Sequence record: PP456878.1
Strand: one strand, 5' to 3'
From: Pseudomonas phage vB_PaePAO1-KEN19
DNA length: 64,000 nucleotides
Part shown: positions 48,163-57,788 of the stretch, piece by piece
Layout: the number at the start of each line of letters is the position of its first letter
Position numbering within the stretch: the first letter of the stretch is position 1
Notes under the pieces: generated by a model
Databases searched by the model: none
What the model saw: the letters and a program-made list of their open reading frames with translations, nothing else
What the model was told of the DNA's origin: nothing
Made by a program: the position numbers and the translations under genes

Positions 48163-49746
48163 TTACTGATTAAGTTTACCCAGATGAATTACCAGTTCGG
48201 TGATCACCGACTTAATTGTGGCCGGTACAACAAGGACTTTATTCTGAGTTACCTGTTCTGCTTCTTTGAATAAACGATCGGGTCCATGATAGATCCAGTT
48301 ACTAGATCTAATGGATGCATGTGCAGATTGCACAGCAATGCCCGCAATATTTACAGGTGCTACTGGAACACCGTTAATAGCTCGTTGTTGTCGCTGATGT
48401 GGATAAAGTTCATCCATCACATCCTTATATTTAATTTGAATACGTGTACTATTACGTGGTTGAATGGACATTGCATGATCACCACTATAATACAATTCTA
48501 CTTGCATAAATACAGCAACTTGTTGGAAACCCCAATGCCACATTAGTGACTGAGCTGCTGCCAACAAATGGTTAACTGCATTTTTATTAATGTGGCTGAA
48601 TGCTCTTGCAGGGAAAGCTTTGTGCATCACCCATTGTGCAAGTAATATCTGGTGTGGATAGATATCTTTAGTAGCTGTAACTGCAACGCAATCTAGACAT
48701 TCCTGAATTAACTCTACTGGGACAGTGTCATCGATTTTGTGAACCAGTTTAACTACATCAAGAGCATCTAAGTTATAAGCTACGATATCACCAGGAGTAA
48801 CTCGCTGTTTAGTTTTATGCGATTCGATAAATGATGTTTTATCATCATCATCAATACCACCTTTATCTGGCCGTTTATCATTAACCCGGTCAGCAGTTGA
48901 TCGTTCAGCAGGGTTTAGATTTGACTTAACATATCTAAACATATTTGAAACGATGGAATGTGAGGTGGCATCGTTTAATGGTAGGATGGTTAATCGCCTA
49001 ACCATAACTTTAGCCTGTAAGATATCCGGCACTTCAGCTGAACTCATACCTCTATAAAGGTTGGCTAAGGTGGGTGCTTCATCTTCTACACAAAACTTAA
49101 CATATGCACTTAGCTTATCATAAGCTGTTTCTACTGGAGTTCCATCAATTGATATTTCATCAACAGGCCAATGGTTAACCTCACAATCCGAGATGAGACT
49201 AATTACTTCACACTCTTTATGCATTTCCTGAGAAGTGCCCTGATCAATAAACTCGCCCCAAATAGGTACTAAAGGACGAAGAGCTAGTGATACAGATGCA
49301 AGGTTAATATAGTCATGTTTCAGATATGTTTGATCTGGTCGATTATATCGTGAATCATCAGTGATAACTTCTTCAATATCTACTGGAATATAAAGTTTAC
49401 CAATAGTTAGTAGCCATCGCCGAAAACTGTTCATCGGCATGGCTTTATACATCTCTTTGATGTAATAGGATAGACTCATTGCAATCCTCATCGGATCCAT
49501 AGCCATATCCATGATCTTACGAATTTCTACATAACAATTCCAGATATGTTGTTGTGTCTCAGCACTTAGGCCACTCCAATAATCATTGATTTCTTGGAAT
49601 ACGCGTTGTTGATCTTGTACACGGATTTTACTATAAGCCGTAGTTGTCCAAGTTAAACGTTTACCATTGTGTTCTGTAGCCACTTCAGTAAAACCAGTAC
49701 CTTGAACTCCTGTAACGATGATTTGCATTTTAACCTCTTTTACCAA
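48163..49746 (-). CDS. hypothetical early protein (527 aa); position-based candidate for the fifth non-virion RNAP (nvRNAP) subunit (speculative)
   Basis: Early-promoter-like TTTGAGATCTATATTAC about 25 nt upstream. Lies between the beta' N-terminal and beta genes, where phiKZ gp68 lies. Confidence 0.5.
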   Translation of the reverse strand: MVKEVKMQIIVTGVQGTGFTEVATEHNGKRLTWTTTAYSKIRVQDQQRVFQEINDYWSGLSAETQQHIWNCYVEIRKIMDMAMDPMRIAMSLSYYIKEMYKAMPMNSFRRWLLTIGKLYIPVDIEEVITDDSRYNRPDQTYLKHDYINLASVSLALRPLVPIWGEFIDQGTSQEMHKECEVISLISDCEVNHWPVDEISIDGTPVETAYDKLSAYVKFCVEDEAPTLANLYRGMSSAEVPDILQAKVMVRRLTILPLNDATSHSIVSNMFRYVKSNLNPAERSTADRVNDKRPDKGGIDDDDKTSFIESHKTKQRVTPGDIVAYNLDALDVVKLVHKIDDTVPVELIQECLDCVAVTATKDIYPHQILLAQWVMHKAFPARAFSHINKNAVNHLLAAAQSLMWHWGFQQVAVFMQVELYYSGDHAMSIQPRNSTRIQIKYKDVMDELYPHQRQQRAINGVPVAPVNIAGIAVQSAHASIRSSNWIYHGPDRLFKEAEQVTQNKVLVVPATIKSVITELVIHLGKLNQ

Positions 49747-49762
49747 TGTAGATACATGTTAG

Positions 49763-49787
49763 TAATATAGATCTCAAATTTTTTTTA
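49763..49787 (-). promoter_or_regulatory. early-promoter-like element (minus strand reads AAAAAAAATTTGAGATCTATATTAC)
   Basis: TATATTAC lies about 25 nt upstream of the ATG of 48163..49746. Same TTTGAGATYTATATTAC as at 61577-61600. Confidence 0.55.
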
Positions 49788-49853
49788 GTATAACGGTATT
49801 TAGTGCTGAGGGCATATCGGTGCCTACTTCGAGAGTAAGCACCGAAATATGTT

Positions 49854-50594
49854 TTAGAAGGAAGGCATATCCTCATCAAAAGCTGAGTCATTATAACTAT
49901 TATTAGCCGGCTTAGCATAACTATTATTGCCACCTTTGTTATAGTTATTGCGCTGACCACCGTTATTGTAACCACCGCTATTACCATTACCCTGATTGAA
50001 ATTAGCAGGGTTAGATACACCTTTAGCATCTGGATCGAATTCAGTTACTAGAAGATGCATTACTAGTTTATATGCGGGGTCTAGGAAACCGTATGCATAA
50101 GCATCAGACATTTCCTTAGGTGATAGCTGACTACCATCTGCTTTGCGGATATCATGGAATTGGGATGGGCCAAAGAAGAATTTGATCTTTGGACGATCAG
50201 GTTGAGTGCTTAGCACTGCGATGTAAATTCGACCATCTTGTGCACGGCCAACATGTAGCTTAGAAAGCTCAATAAAATTATCACGCTTCTTACCAGCTAC
50301 GAAGTTATTGCGGTAAACAAAGACGCGTTCAGTATCTTCAGTTTTACCTTCAATTAAGTCCATTGCAAACTTAATGAAACATGCAAAGGTTGCTAGGTCA
50401 GTATTGAACTCAATTTTACCATGGTCTTTATCACCAGGTACATTAGTACGAACAGTAACCCGTGGTTGGTTTTTAAACAGACCAAATCGTAGCGTCGGTC
50501 GTTTTTGAGAACCCTCACATGGTTTGGCATGTAGCCAAGTATTCATTACGTTAAAAGGGTTAACTACGGGTGCATTAGGCTGCTGTTGTGACAT
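49854..50594 (-). CDS. SSB-like protein (246 aa) with a Gly/Asn-rich linker and an acidic C-terminal tip
   Basis: The C-terminus ...NDSAFDEDMPSF resembles the SSB acidic tip DDDIPF, preceded by a G/N/Q-rich flexible linker. Confidence 0.4.
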   Translation of the reverse strand: MSQQQPNAPVVNPFNVMNTWLHAKPCEGSQKRPTLRFGLFKNQPRVTVRTNVPGDKDHGKIEFNTDLATFACFIKFAMDLIEGKTEDTERVFVYRNNFVAGKKRDNFIELSKLHVGRAQDGRIYIAVLSTQPDRPKIKFFFGPSQFHDIRKADGSQLSPKEMSDAYAYGFLDPAYKLVMHLLVTEFDPDAKGVSNPANFNQGNGNSGGYNNGGQRNNYNKGGNNSYAKPANNSYNDSAFDEDMPSF

Positions 50595-50680
50595 GATGTG
50601 ATAACTCCAAATTAAAACTAGATTCTTTTAACTAGATGGGAAATGATTTCTACGTAATATTATCGCAACAAGTATTTCTT

Positions 50681-51511
50681 CTATTTGAATTTCTTGTATG
50701 CTTCTTTTAACTCTTTAGAACCATAAGCAGTAATGTCATGATGAACTTTATCTGGTGTTGTTAATCCTGTCCATTTTCTAGATTGTGCCAATTGTTTTAA
50801 TTGCGCACGAATAGCTTTGTCTTGTGGTTCAAGTAATTGTTTATCGCCAAATATCTGTATAGCAAATGATGTAAAAGGAAATGGAGTATCTTCTTTTAAA
50901 CCATTTAGTTTAGTATACCACATGTTGTATGTCTTTATTTTACCCGTATGGGATTCCAATAAAAGAAGTCTATTAAAATGGGGTTTCCATAATAGTTCAT
51001 GTGGGAAATGGGTTAATAGTAAAACAGTACCTTCAACCTTTGGAGGTTTATTAGATATTTCCATTGTAGTTAAATCTGTATCTTTTAACTTCTGGTATAG
51101 TTCAATTGATACAAATCGTTCATAAACATCATAAGCTAATTGTTGCGGTGTTCGTGATACTTTAAATGTAGCTTTAGGGAATAACCACTTCACTGCATCT
51201 CGACCAGTAATGTAATATTTTACAGTTGCTTTTATCCCCGATTGCCGTAAAGCAACCGGGATTGTTTGTGCTTCTTGAAATAAAACATCGACTGCTGCAA
51301 CCAAGTTAATATTAGTTTGTTGTTCAGACTTCATAGCCTGCCACATATTTCTTGCAAGAGTACGGACATTAATCCATATTTCTTTAATAGACTTAACATC
51401 AGTTGGTTGTCTAGGCTTTTGTGGATGTGTTCCTATAAGCCCTTCGAGAGCAAAAGAAGTTCCAATGCTAATCGGAATATTAGCACCTACATCTCTCTCG
51501 ATAATATCCAT
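50681..51511 (-). CDS. hypothetical protein (276 aa)
   Basis: ORF track. Confidence 0.5.
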   Translation of the reverse strand: MDIIERDVGANIPISIGTSFALEGLIGTHPQKPRQPTDVKSIKEIWINVRTLARNMWQAMKSEQQTNINLVAAVDVLFQEAQTIPVALRQSGIKATVKYYITGRDAVKWLFPKATFKVSRTPQQLAYDVYERFVSIELYQKLKDTDLTTMEISNKPPKVEGTVLLLTHFPHELLWKPHFNRLLLLESHTGKIKTYNMWYTKLNGLKEDTPFPFTSFAIQIFGDKQLLEPQDKAIRAQLKQLAQSRKWTGLTTPDKVHHDITAYGSKELKEAYKKFK

Positions 51512-51523
51512 TATTATTGCCTT

Positions 51524-52690
51524 TTATTTGAACTCTGTCAATAATCCCAATACCCGCTGGATCTGAGCAGCGTCCGCTGTAAATTTTTCAATATCTGGAA
51601 TAATTAAATCAGAAATACTTTCTGGAGTTATATCCAAAAATTCTGATAAATCAAAATTCTTTAGGCTATCTGACACAGTATTTTTCTTTGTAGTAACTTT
51701 TTCAATTAAGATACTCCATGAAAAATTAGGATATTCATTTTGAAATGTATCGAGATCACCAGTAGCTACATCACCTGGATTACATCTTAACCTAATTGCA
51801 GAGTTAGTTGGTAGTGTCTTGATATGTTCTTTAACAGTGTAATTAAGTTGCTTAGTATCCATTCCATGGACATTCAAAGTATCATATCTACGCGCACCCT
51901 TATTCTCAAGGAATGTAGCAGTCCATTCGCCATTTTCTTTCACCACAACATCAAATAATCCTTTTGGAATTTCATCGTTGTGACTTAATCGGTCAAATCC
52001 ACCGGCAGCTAAAATGCGTTCATAGATAGACATCTCATGAACATGTCCACCATTGATCATATATTTAGTTAATGCTAAATATTCATCTGGATCATGTGTT
52101 GGCTCTTCAACAATGCTAGGTAGCTGGTGTTTAAATGCACCATGTAAAATAGTAAAGTCAACTTGAGATATACCTTTCTTATGCATTAAATCTTTTACTT
52201 GATTTAAAGTCTCTGATGTGGATGGATTCCATTTATCAGGGACATAAAGGAAATATGCATCTAGTTTCTCAATATACTCGATATCGAGAATCTTTGAATA
52301 ATGCAAATCAACTTTAATATTAGCATTATTCTTTTGTTCTACGAAAAACTGCATTTGCCCACGATCGTGTGATGGAGTCCCTTCAACAATACGGATCATT
52401 ACATTATACATTTCACATTTGTAGAGAAGTATTGTAATAAATCTATCAATTGCGTATGCAGCTGGATCACCATTGTTTAATTGGCGATCAAATAAATCCC
52501 CTGTAATAATCAACATATCAATATCTTTTAAAATTGTATCAGGGACAGTTTTCCAAAAGTTATTGATGATTAATTCAGTAGGGGTTTGGCGATGCCCCAT
52601 ATGGACATCGCCTACTGTTAAATATCGAAATATGCCAGGTTTCTTTGTTTTATCAGTCTTCATATTCGTCACCGTAAACACATTCATCAT
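51524..52690 (-). CDS. Mre11/SbcD-like calcineurin-fold phosphoesterase (nuclease), 388 aa
   Basis: Motif I GDVHMG, motif II GDLFD, and a GTPSHD (GNHD-like) motif. Confidence 0.55.
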   Translation of the reverse strand: MMNVFTVTNMKTDKTKKPGIFRYLTVGDVHMGHRQTPTELIINNFWKTVPDTILKDIDMLIITGDLFDRQLNNGDPAAYAIDRFITILLYKCEMYNVMIRIVEGTPSHDRGQMQFFVEQKNNANIKVDLHYSKILDIEYIEKLDAYFLYVPDKWNPSTSETLNQVKDLMHKKGISQVDFTILHGAFKHQLPSIVEEPTHDPDEYLALTKYMINGGHVHEMSIYERILAAGGFDRLSHNDEIPKGLFDVVVKENGEWTATFLENKGARRYDTLNVHGMDTKQLNYTVKEHIKTLPTNSAIRLRCNPGDVATGDLDTFQNEYPNFSWSILIEKVTTKKNTVSDSLKNFDLSEFLDITPESISDLIIPDIEKFTADAAQIQRVLGLLTEFK

Positions 52691-53285
52691 TCTCAGGTGT
52701 ATCTACTTGCACACCTCCAGATTTAGATGAAGATGCATTCGGTAACTCATATAACGGAGTACCATCAGTATTTTTTAATACCCGACCATATGCTGCTAAG
52801 ATTTGGATTAACACTTGTAGAAGTTGTTTTTCTAATGGTTCATTATAAATACACCGCTCTAGGAATTGAGCCGCTTCTTTAGCAAACCCACCACGTGGAT
52901 TACGGTTATGTTCTTTATTATAATAATCCATTACGTTAGAAATGCTAGCAACATTCTCACCAGATGAGATTGCAACACTTGGACGAGGATAGAGTGCTGG
53001 AACTGTAAAAAGCACAACTGCTTCTTTGGTATTTACACTTGCTACGCGTAACGGATTTGATAGCTCACGAACATATTTACGATATTCATCTAATGCACCA
53101 GGTGCCCATGGACATTCAAGTAACGGTAATATATTCTTTACAAAAACGTCCTCATGAACAATAGGTGTCTCTTTCTGATGAATGTTAACCATGGCTTGCA
53201 TTGCATCCATGATCATGTTATCGCTATCTGTAACTCTAGTGTTCGGTTCCGGAGTTGCCATCTTCTTTACCCATAACTTGTTCAA
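52653..53285 (-). CDS. hypothetical protein (about 202-210 aa); start probably the ATG GCA at 53261
   Basis: ORF track. SD-like AAGAAG before the internal ATG. Overlaps the upstream gene. Confidence 0.45.
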   Translation of the reverse strand: MNKLWVKKMATPEPNTRVTDSDNMIMDAMQAMVNIHQKETPIVHEDVFVKNILPLLECPWAPGALDEYRKYVRELSNPLRVASVNTKEAVVLFTVPALYPRPSVAISSGENVASISNVMDYYNKEHNRNPRGGFAKEAAQFLERCIYNEPLEKQLLQVLIQILAAYGRVLKNTDGTPLYELPNASSSKSGGVQVDTPENDECVYGDEYED

Positions 53286-53793
53286 TCTGTTGTTTAGTCA
53301 GAGTAGTGATGATATTAAAACGAGCTTCTTCTTTATTTTCCATTAGTTGAGGATTACTATTTAGGTAATCAATCAACGCATCGCAGTTTTCAGTAGTGAA
53401 CTTATTAGGCGTTCCAACAGTAGCAAACATATAACCTTTATCACCGCCCTTACGAACAATGACTGATTCCATATGTTCTTTCTGATTAACCCCATCTACT
53501 TCAGCTAGTGAGAATACTGGTTTAGTATCACCATGGATAGCTCGCAATGCGTCATCAACTTCATGCCGAATACTTTCACCCATATTGCAAAGAATATCTG
53601 CAAGAACTCGACTAACGCGAATATTAAATGTTGCAGTTTCTTCAGCTTTAGCTTTTACCAATTGTTGGAAAGCCTCATCTACAACATTAGCATGTTTTGT
53701 TAGATTCCTAACTGTTACTTCTAGCATATGAATTCGTTTTAATAGCATGGAGTTCATAGCTTCGCTTTCATTTTTCTCAACTTCACTAGTCAT
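53236..53793 (-). CDS. hypothetical protein (185 aa)
   Basis: ORF track. Confidence 0.5.
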   Translation of the reverse strand: MTSEVEKNESEAMNSMLLKRIHMLEVTVRNLTKHANVVDEAFQQLVKAKAEETATFNIRVSRVLADILCNMGESIRHEVDDALRAIHGDTKPVFSLAEVDGVNQKEHMESVIVRKGGDKGYMFATVGTPNKFTTENCDALIDYLNSNPQLMENKEEARFNIITTLTKQQIEQVMGKEDGNSGTEH

Positions 53794-54231
<438 letters not shown>

Positions 54232-54243
54232 TTAAGTTAAGAT

Positions 54244-54261
54244 GGGAGCCAAATGGCTCCC
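54244..54261. terminator. hairpin GGGAGCC-AAAT-GGCTCCC
   Basis: 7-bp stem followed by TTTATATT. Confidence 0.45.
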
Positions 54262-54297
54262 TTTATATTGCTTGATACATACAGTTAAATACTTACA

Positions 54298-54822
54298 TTA
54301 ACTAGCATATAAATATTTACTTGCAATTAATTCAATGTGATATACGATAACAGCACCTTCTTTTTTCTTGAGTGTGCTTGTTAAAACGATATCGTGTTCA
54401 GTAACACATGCATGTACACTAATGGGTTTGGTAGTAATTTCACTACTTGTCCCTGAAAAATGAGTTGTAGCTACATATAACTGGGTATCATCAACTAACC
54501 CATTTGGATCCCTACCAACATGTACAAATGGTGGCCTGCTAGAAACATTAGGATGGTCGTCTTTAATAACAAGATGACCATCTTCAGATGGGTAAGCATA
54601 GTCATATCCAGTTACATAGATACGTAGAGCGCCATTCTTAAATGCTTCTTTAAGATAAGAATATTCTTCAAAATTAAAACGAATTGAATCAACCACAGCA
54701 GTAGTTAATTTAAGAATAGGGTGTAGTGGCCTTGATGAGTTATTATTCTTAATTAATAGCATCGGTATTTTCCTTAACGTAAAAAGCAATATGTGGATGG
54801 TTCCACAATGGACTCTCATCAC
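54298..54822 (-). CDS. hypothetical protein; true start likely the ATG at 54762 (about 154 aa)
   Basis: SD AAGGAAA lies 8 nt before the internal ATG CTA (MLLIKNN). The first 20 track codons are overlap read-through. Confidence 0.45.
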   Translation of the reverse strand: MMRVHCGTIHILLFTLRKIPMLLIKNNNSSRPLHPILKLTTAVVDSIRFNFEEYSYLKEAFKNGALRIYVTGYDYAYPSEDGHLVIKDDHPNVSSRPPFVHVGRDPNGLVDDTQLYVATTHFSGTSSEITTKPISVHACVTEHDIVLTSTLKKKEGAVIVYHIELIASKYLYAS

Positions 54823-55084
54823 AAAAACTATAACTATGTATTTCCTCGCCAGTATCTAATTTAATAGAGACCACTTCACCTTCAATGACTGTGAAAATAA
54901 ATTTAGTATCAGGTGAAACATAATCACCAGTTACATAGTCATTATCGGGAAGATACAATAGTCGTGTTTGATTATCGTATTTAAGTTCTATTCCATCTGT
55001 ACTATTAAAGTACATATATCCCGTACCATCTGGACTTTTTTGAAACATCTTTAGTTTATTTGGTACGAGTAGATCAATTGACAT
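54749..55084 (-). CDS. hypothetical protein (111 aa)
   Basis: ORF track. Confidence 0.5.
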   Translation of the reverse strand: MSIDLLVPNKLKMFQKSPDGTGYMYFNSTDGIELKYDNQTRLLYLPDNDYVTGDYVSPDTKFIFTVIEGEVVSIKLDTGEEIHSYSFCDESPLWNHPHIAFYVKENTDAIN

Positions 55085-55106
55085 AGATCTCTCCTAAACG
55101 ATAGAA

Positions 55107-55129
55107 GAGAGCCCCATGTAGGGACTCTC
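55107..55129. terminator. hairpin GAGAGCCCC-ATGTA-GGGACTCTC
   Basis: One mismatch in a 9-bp stem. Confidence 0.4.
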
Positions 55130-55135
55130 ATTTAT

Positions 55136-55747
55136 TTAACCTAGAAGATTACCTACGACTGAAGTTGGATCTTCTTCACCTGCGTCCAGATGTTCATCAA
55201 TAGCATTCCACATACGGATGATGTCAACTTTCTCGTGCAGACTAAGTTTACGATCGCTCTTGATATCTTCGTGATAGTTTTTATAACCGAATTCTTTCTT
55301 ATCGGTATACATAACTCCATCCATCACGCGGCGATAATCAAACTGTCGTTCACCTACAGCATCACCTTGGATGTTATTATAAGAACCACCATATCCATCA
55401 ACTTCATTATTAAGATACATAGTTCTTAGACGCTCATGCGCCATAACCCAACGTTGCATAATTGGACCAGCTGTTTGTAGTTCAGCTAATGTCTCAAGAT
55501 ACACAATGTTGTTCGACTGCCATAAGTTATCTTTCTTTGTGGTCAGATTCCGCAGTGCTTGAACAGCAGCTGATTCACTAATCATACTGTACATATTTTG
55601 AGCAGTATTAAAAAAGCTAGCAGCAGCAGTTGACATAGTTGAACGAAGTGCCTGACTACGCTCACCCAACCATTGAGTTGTTTGCTGTGTAAGATGGCCA
55701 CCTGCACAGATGTCCAAGAGGTCTACACCATGTGCATCTACAATCAT
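55136..55747 (-). CDS. hypothetical protein (203 aa)
   Basis: ORF track; hairpin 55107-55129 downstream. Confidence 0.5.
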   Translation of the reverse strand: MIVDAHGVDLLDICAGGHLTQQTTQWLGERSQALRSTMSTAAASFFNTAQNMYSMISESAAVQALRNLTTKKDNLWQSNNIVYLETLAELQTAGPIMQRWVMAHERLRTMYLNNEVDGYGGSYNNIQGDAVGERQFDYRRVMDGVMYTDKKEFGYKNYHEDIKSDRKLSLHEKVDIIRMWNAIDEHLDAGEEDPTSVVGNLLG

Positions 55748-55755
55748 TATACACC

Positions 55756-56181
55756 TCAGTTATTGGCCGTATATGACCAGCATAGATTAAACGGATGTTG
55801 CATAGGTAAATTAAATGTGTCTAGTTCCTGACCGCACCAATTGACAGCTTTTGTAACACCTTCAACAGTTACAGTTAATTCAACATAGATATCATGTTCA
55901 GGTGCAGTCACCACAATAGTGATTGGATCATCATGTTTAATACGGAATCCAAACTTAGGATGATGGAATCCAGTATATTCACCTTTAGTATTTTCTAGAA
56001 TACATTCAAATAGATTAGTTTCTTTATTAAGTTCAAATGTAACCAGTTTATCAGAATCTTTAAGTAAATCATTATCCCCAAATACATTGAACCGATAATG
56101 CTTATGGCAGACACCAAGTGTTTTTGGCATATCGTGGGAATTATCGATTTGCTTAGTGCATTCATTACATTTACTATTCAT
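55756..56181 (-). CDS. hypothetical protein with N-terminal Cys/His cluster (141 aa)
   Basis: MNSKCNECTKQ...GVCHKHY: a CxxC...CxH zinc-ribbon-like motif. Confidence 0.45.
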   Translation of the reverse strand: MNSKCNECTKQIDNSHDMPKTLGVCHKHYRFNVFGDNDLLKDSDKLVTFELNKETNLFECILENTKGEYTGFHHPKFGFRIKHDDPITIVVTAPEHDIYVELTVTVEGVTKAVNWCGQELDTFNLPMQHPFNLCWSYTANN

Positions 56182-56193
56182 CCTTATTTACCT

Positions 56194-56577
56194 TTAATAA
56201 ATTTGCTTATCAAAAGAGCAATTAACTGGGATAGTGATAACTTCATTAGTAACTACATGTTTGCCTGTCTTTTTAAAGAATTGGGCAAATTTTGAAGTAA
56301 CTGGAATTACAAACGTATCATCCCGATCATTATTTGACATATTGTACAGAGTAAATTTACCGTCTAAATCAAACCTAATTTGCCATTCAATATCACGTAC
56401 TTTGAAATCTATACCGAATCTTAAGTGGTCATCAATTAATTCAGAACCACCGTATACATACGCCCCAGTGAAATTCCAATTAATTTCTGCGAATTGGAAA
56501 GTTACAGGATGTTCGCCATATTCATCTTGTATGTAGTAACCATCATGAGCTTTCCAATAGATAACTAAATCATGCAT
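56194..56577 (-). CDS. hypothetical protein (127 aa)
   Basis: ORF track. Confidence 0.5.
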   Translation of the reverse strand: MHDLVIYWKAHDGYYIQDEYGEHPVTFQFAEINWNFTGAYVYGGSELIDDHLRFGIDFKVRDIEWQIRFDLDGKFTLYNMSNNDRDDTFVIPVTSKFAQFFKKTGKHVVTNEVITIPVNCSFDKQIY

Positions 56578-56599
56578 ACTACTAGCCTCAAAGAATTAA

Positions 56600-56620
56600 T
56601 AGGGGATTCAAACTCCCCTA
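56600..56620. terminator. hairpin TAGGGGA-TTCAAAC-TCCCCTA
   Basis: 7-bp stem followed by TTAATTTATTTTG. Confidence 0.45.
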
Positions 56621-56636
56621 TTAATTTATTTTGCTT

Positions 56637-56825
56637 TTAATCATTAAGCTTAGAGATCATTTCGACATATGCATCGACAAACCTTCTGTTTACCACTACA
56701 TCACCATTCCCGCAAGTAATATATCTCTTAGTGAATACGGCTACCGATCTGGCTTCACGTTCATCTCATTCGACTTGTGATAAACATTCCGGGTTACGTC
56801 GAATAATTTCACGAATATTAGACAT
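56637..56825 (-). pseudogene. 62-codon ORF with an in-frame TGA at codon 20 (nonsense/pseudogene, read-through or recoding candidate)
   Basis: Read by eye: MSNIREIIRRNPECLSQVE-TGA-DEREARSVAVFTKRYITCGNGDVVVNRRFVDAYVEMISKLND-TAA. SD AAGGGG upstream; early-promoter-like motif at 56857-56875. Confidence 0.3.
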
Positions 56826-56856
56826 TGGGTATTCCCCTTATCACTATTGCATCTTA

Positions 56857-56875
56857 GTGATATAAATCTGAAATT
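56857..56875 (-). promoter_or_regulatory. early-promoter-like element (AATTTCAGATTTATATCAC)
   Basis: AGATTTATATCAC; about 35 nt upstream of the small TGA-containing ORF. Confidence 0.4.
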
Positions 56876-56930
56876 AAATCCAGTGGAACTTTACATCCAT
56901 GGTTAGTCGCCGCCATAACAGGAAATAAAG

Positions 56931-56955
56931 CCCCCTACTACATAAATAGTAGGGG
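56931..56955. terminator. hairpin CCCCCTACTA-CATAAA-TAGTAGGGG downstream of beta' exon 3
   Basis: 9-bp stem immediately after the stop at 56967. Confidence 0.5.
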
Positions 56956-56966
56956 TAAGTTTATTA

Positions 56967-57185
56967 TTACGACTTCAACCATTCTTCTAATGGCGGTAAA
57001 TACTTCTCATGCGCCCAGTTAATAATTGTTTCTACAACAGGACCCTGTAATTCAAGGTTACCTGAGATTTCATGTGGTTCATCAATAGATAGAACCCATG
57101 TATGTGGAGCAATGCGTTCAGTTGCTTTGGTTAAATACACATCAGGCATTAACGTTAAATTCAATTGATCGCCGTCAAAATCCGC
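56967..57185 (-). CDS. RNA polymerase beta' N-terminal gene (phiKZ gp55-like), exon 3 (72 codons)
   Basis: Begins GCG GAT TTT GAC GGC GAT CAA, giving ADFDGDQ immediately after the intron 3' end ...CTGAACATAACG. The track ORF 56967..57164 is its alternative-start tail. Confidence 0.7.
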   Translation of the reverse strand, partial: ADFDGDQLNLTLMPDVYLTKATERIAPHTWVLSIDEPHEISGNLELQGPVVETIINWAHEKYLPPLEEWLKS

Positions 57186-57680
57186 CGTTATGTTCAGTAT
57201 GGGTCGTTAATCCATACCCGGTAGTATAATTACCACATGATAATTACCACCTGCTGCATGTCACCATGCAGACCAGACTATATCTTCACCCTTCCTTTCG
57301 GAGTGGGGTGTCTCCCATTTCGAGTCACTTGACCCTACATCCTATTTCTAGGACCGGTGCACCTGATACCGTAATAGTCGTTGAACCTTCTCCTATTCCT
57401 AAATGGAATGTTACGGAGCTTGGCTGCTGATTGGCCCTACCTAATCTTTTTCAAACCTTGGCTTTGTCTTTCGACTCGCAGTGGTAGATTAGTTTAACAG
57501 GATATCCCAGCAATTAGAGAGAACTCACCCCAATGATTACTCACTGGGGGAACTAGACTTGATTAACTTAATAAGGTATTTATCAAGCACTTCATATTCA
57601 ATTTTAAATGAAGCCGGATCAAAGACGGACACTACTCCGTTTTGTTCCATTGTTTTTACCTTATTTAGTTAGTTGTCCAT
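57186..57680 (-). mobile_element. group I intron B (about 495 nt) in the RNAP beta' gene; carries a 37-codon ORF
   Basis: Same P/Q/R/S core as intron A (AATTGCTGGGA, AATCAGCAGC, GTTCAACGACTAT, AAGATATAGTCTGG) with larger peripheral insertions. Confidence 0.75.
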
Positions 57681-57788
57681 TAGGCGCTTTAAGGCATAAT
57701 ACTGACATGCTGATTGAATTATCATTAATGTCATCTTTTACTTTAGTAATAAAGAATTGTTGAGTAGATCCACGTTGAAGGGTCGGCG
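57681..57788 (-). CDS. RNA polymerase beta' N-terminal gene, exon 2 (36-codon micro-exon)
   Basis: Encodes PTLQRGSTQQFFITKVKDDINDNSISMSVLCLKAPN, in frame with exon 1 (...FHRN). It resembles beta' NRAPTLHRLGIQAF...LVCAAYN, which precedes NADFDGD. Confidence 0.65.

Noticed and set aside
53236-53285. 50-nt overlap between ORFs 53236..53793 and 52653..53285
   Set aside because: The downstream gene most likely starts at the internal ATG GCA (MATPEP) at 53261, which has an upstream purine-rich SD. This is ordinary translational coupling.
54749-54822. 74-nt overlap between ORFs 54749..55084 and 54298..54822 as a possible programmed frameshift
   Set aside because: An internal ATG at 54762 is preceded by AAGGAAA at the right spacing. 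The normal ATGCTATTAATTAA stop/start overlap explains it, and the first 20 codons of the track ORF are read-through.
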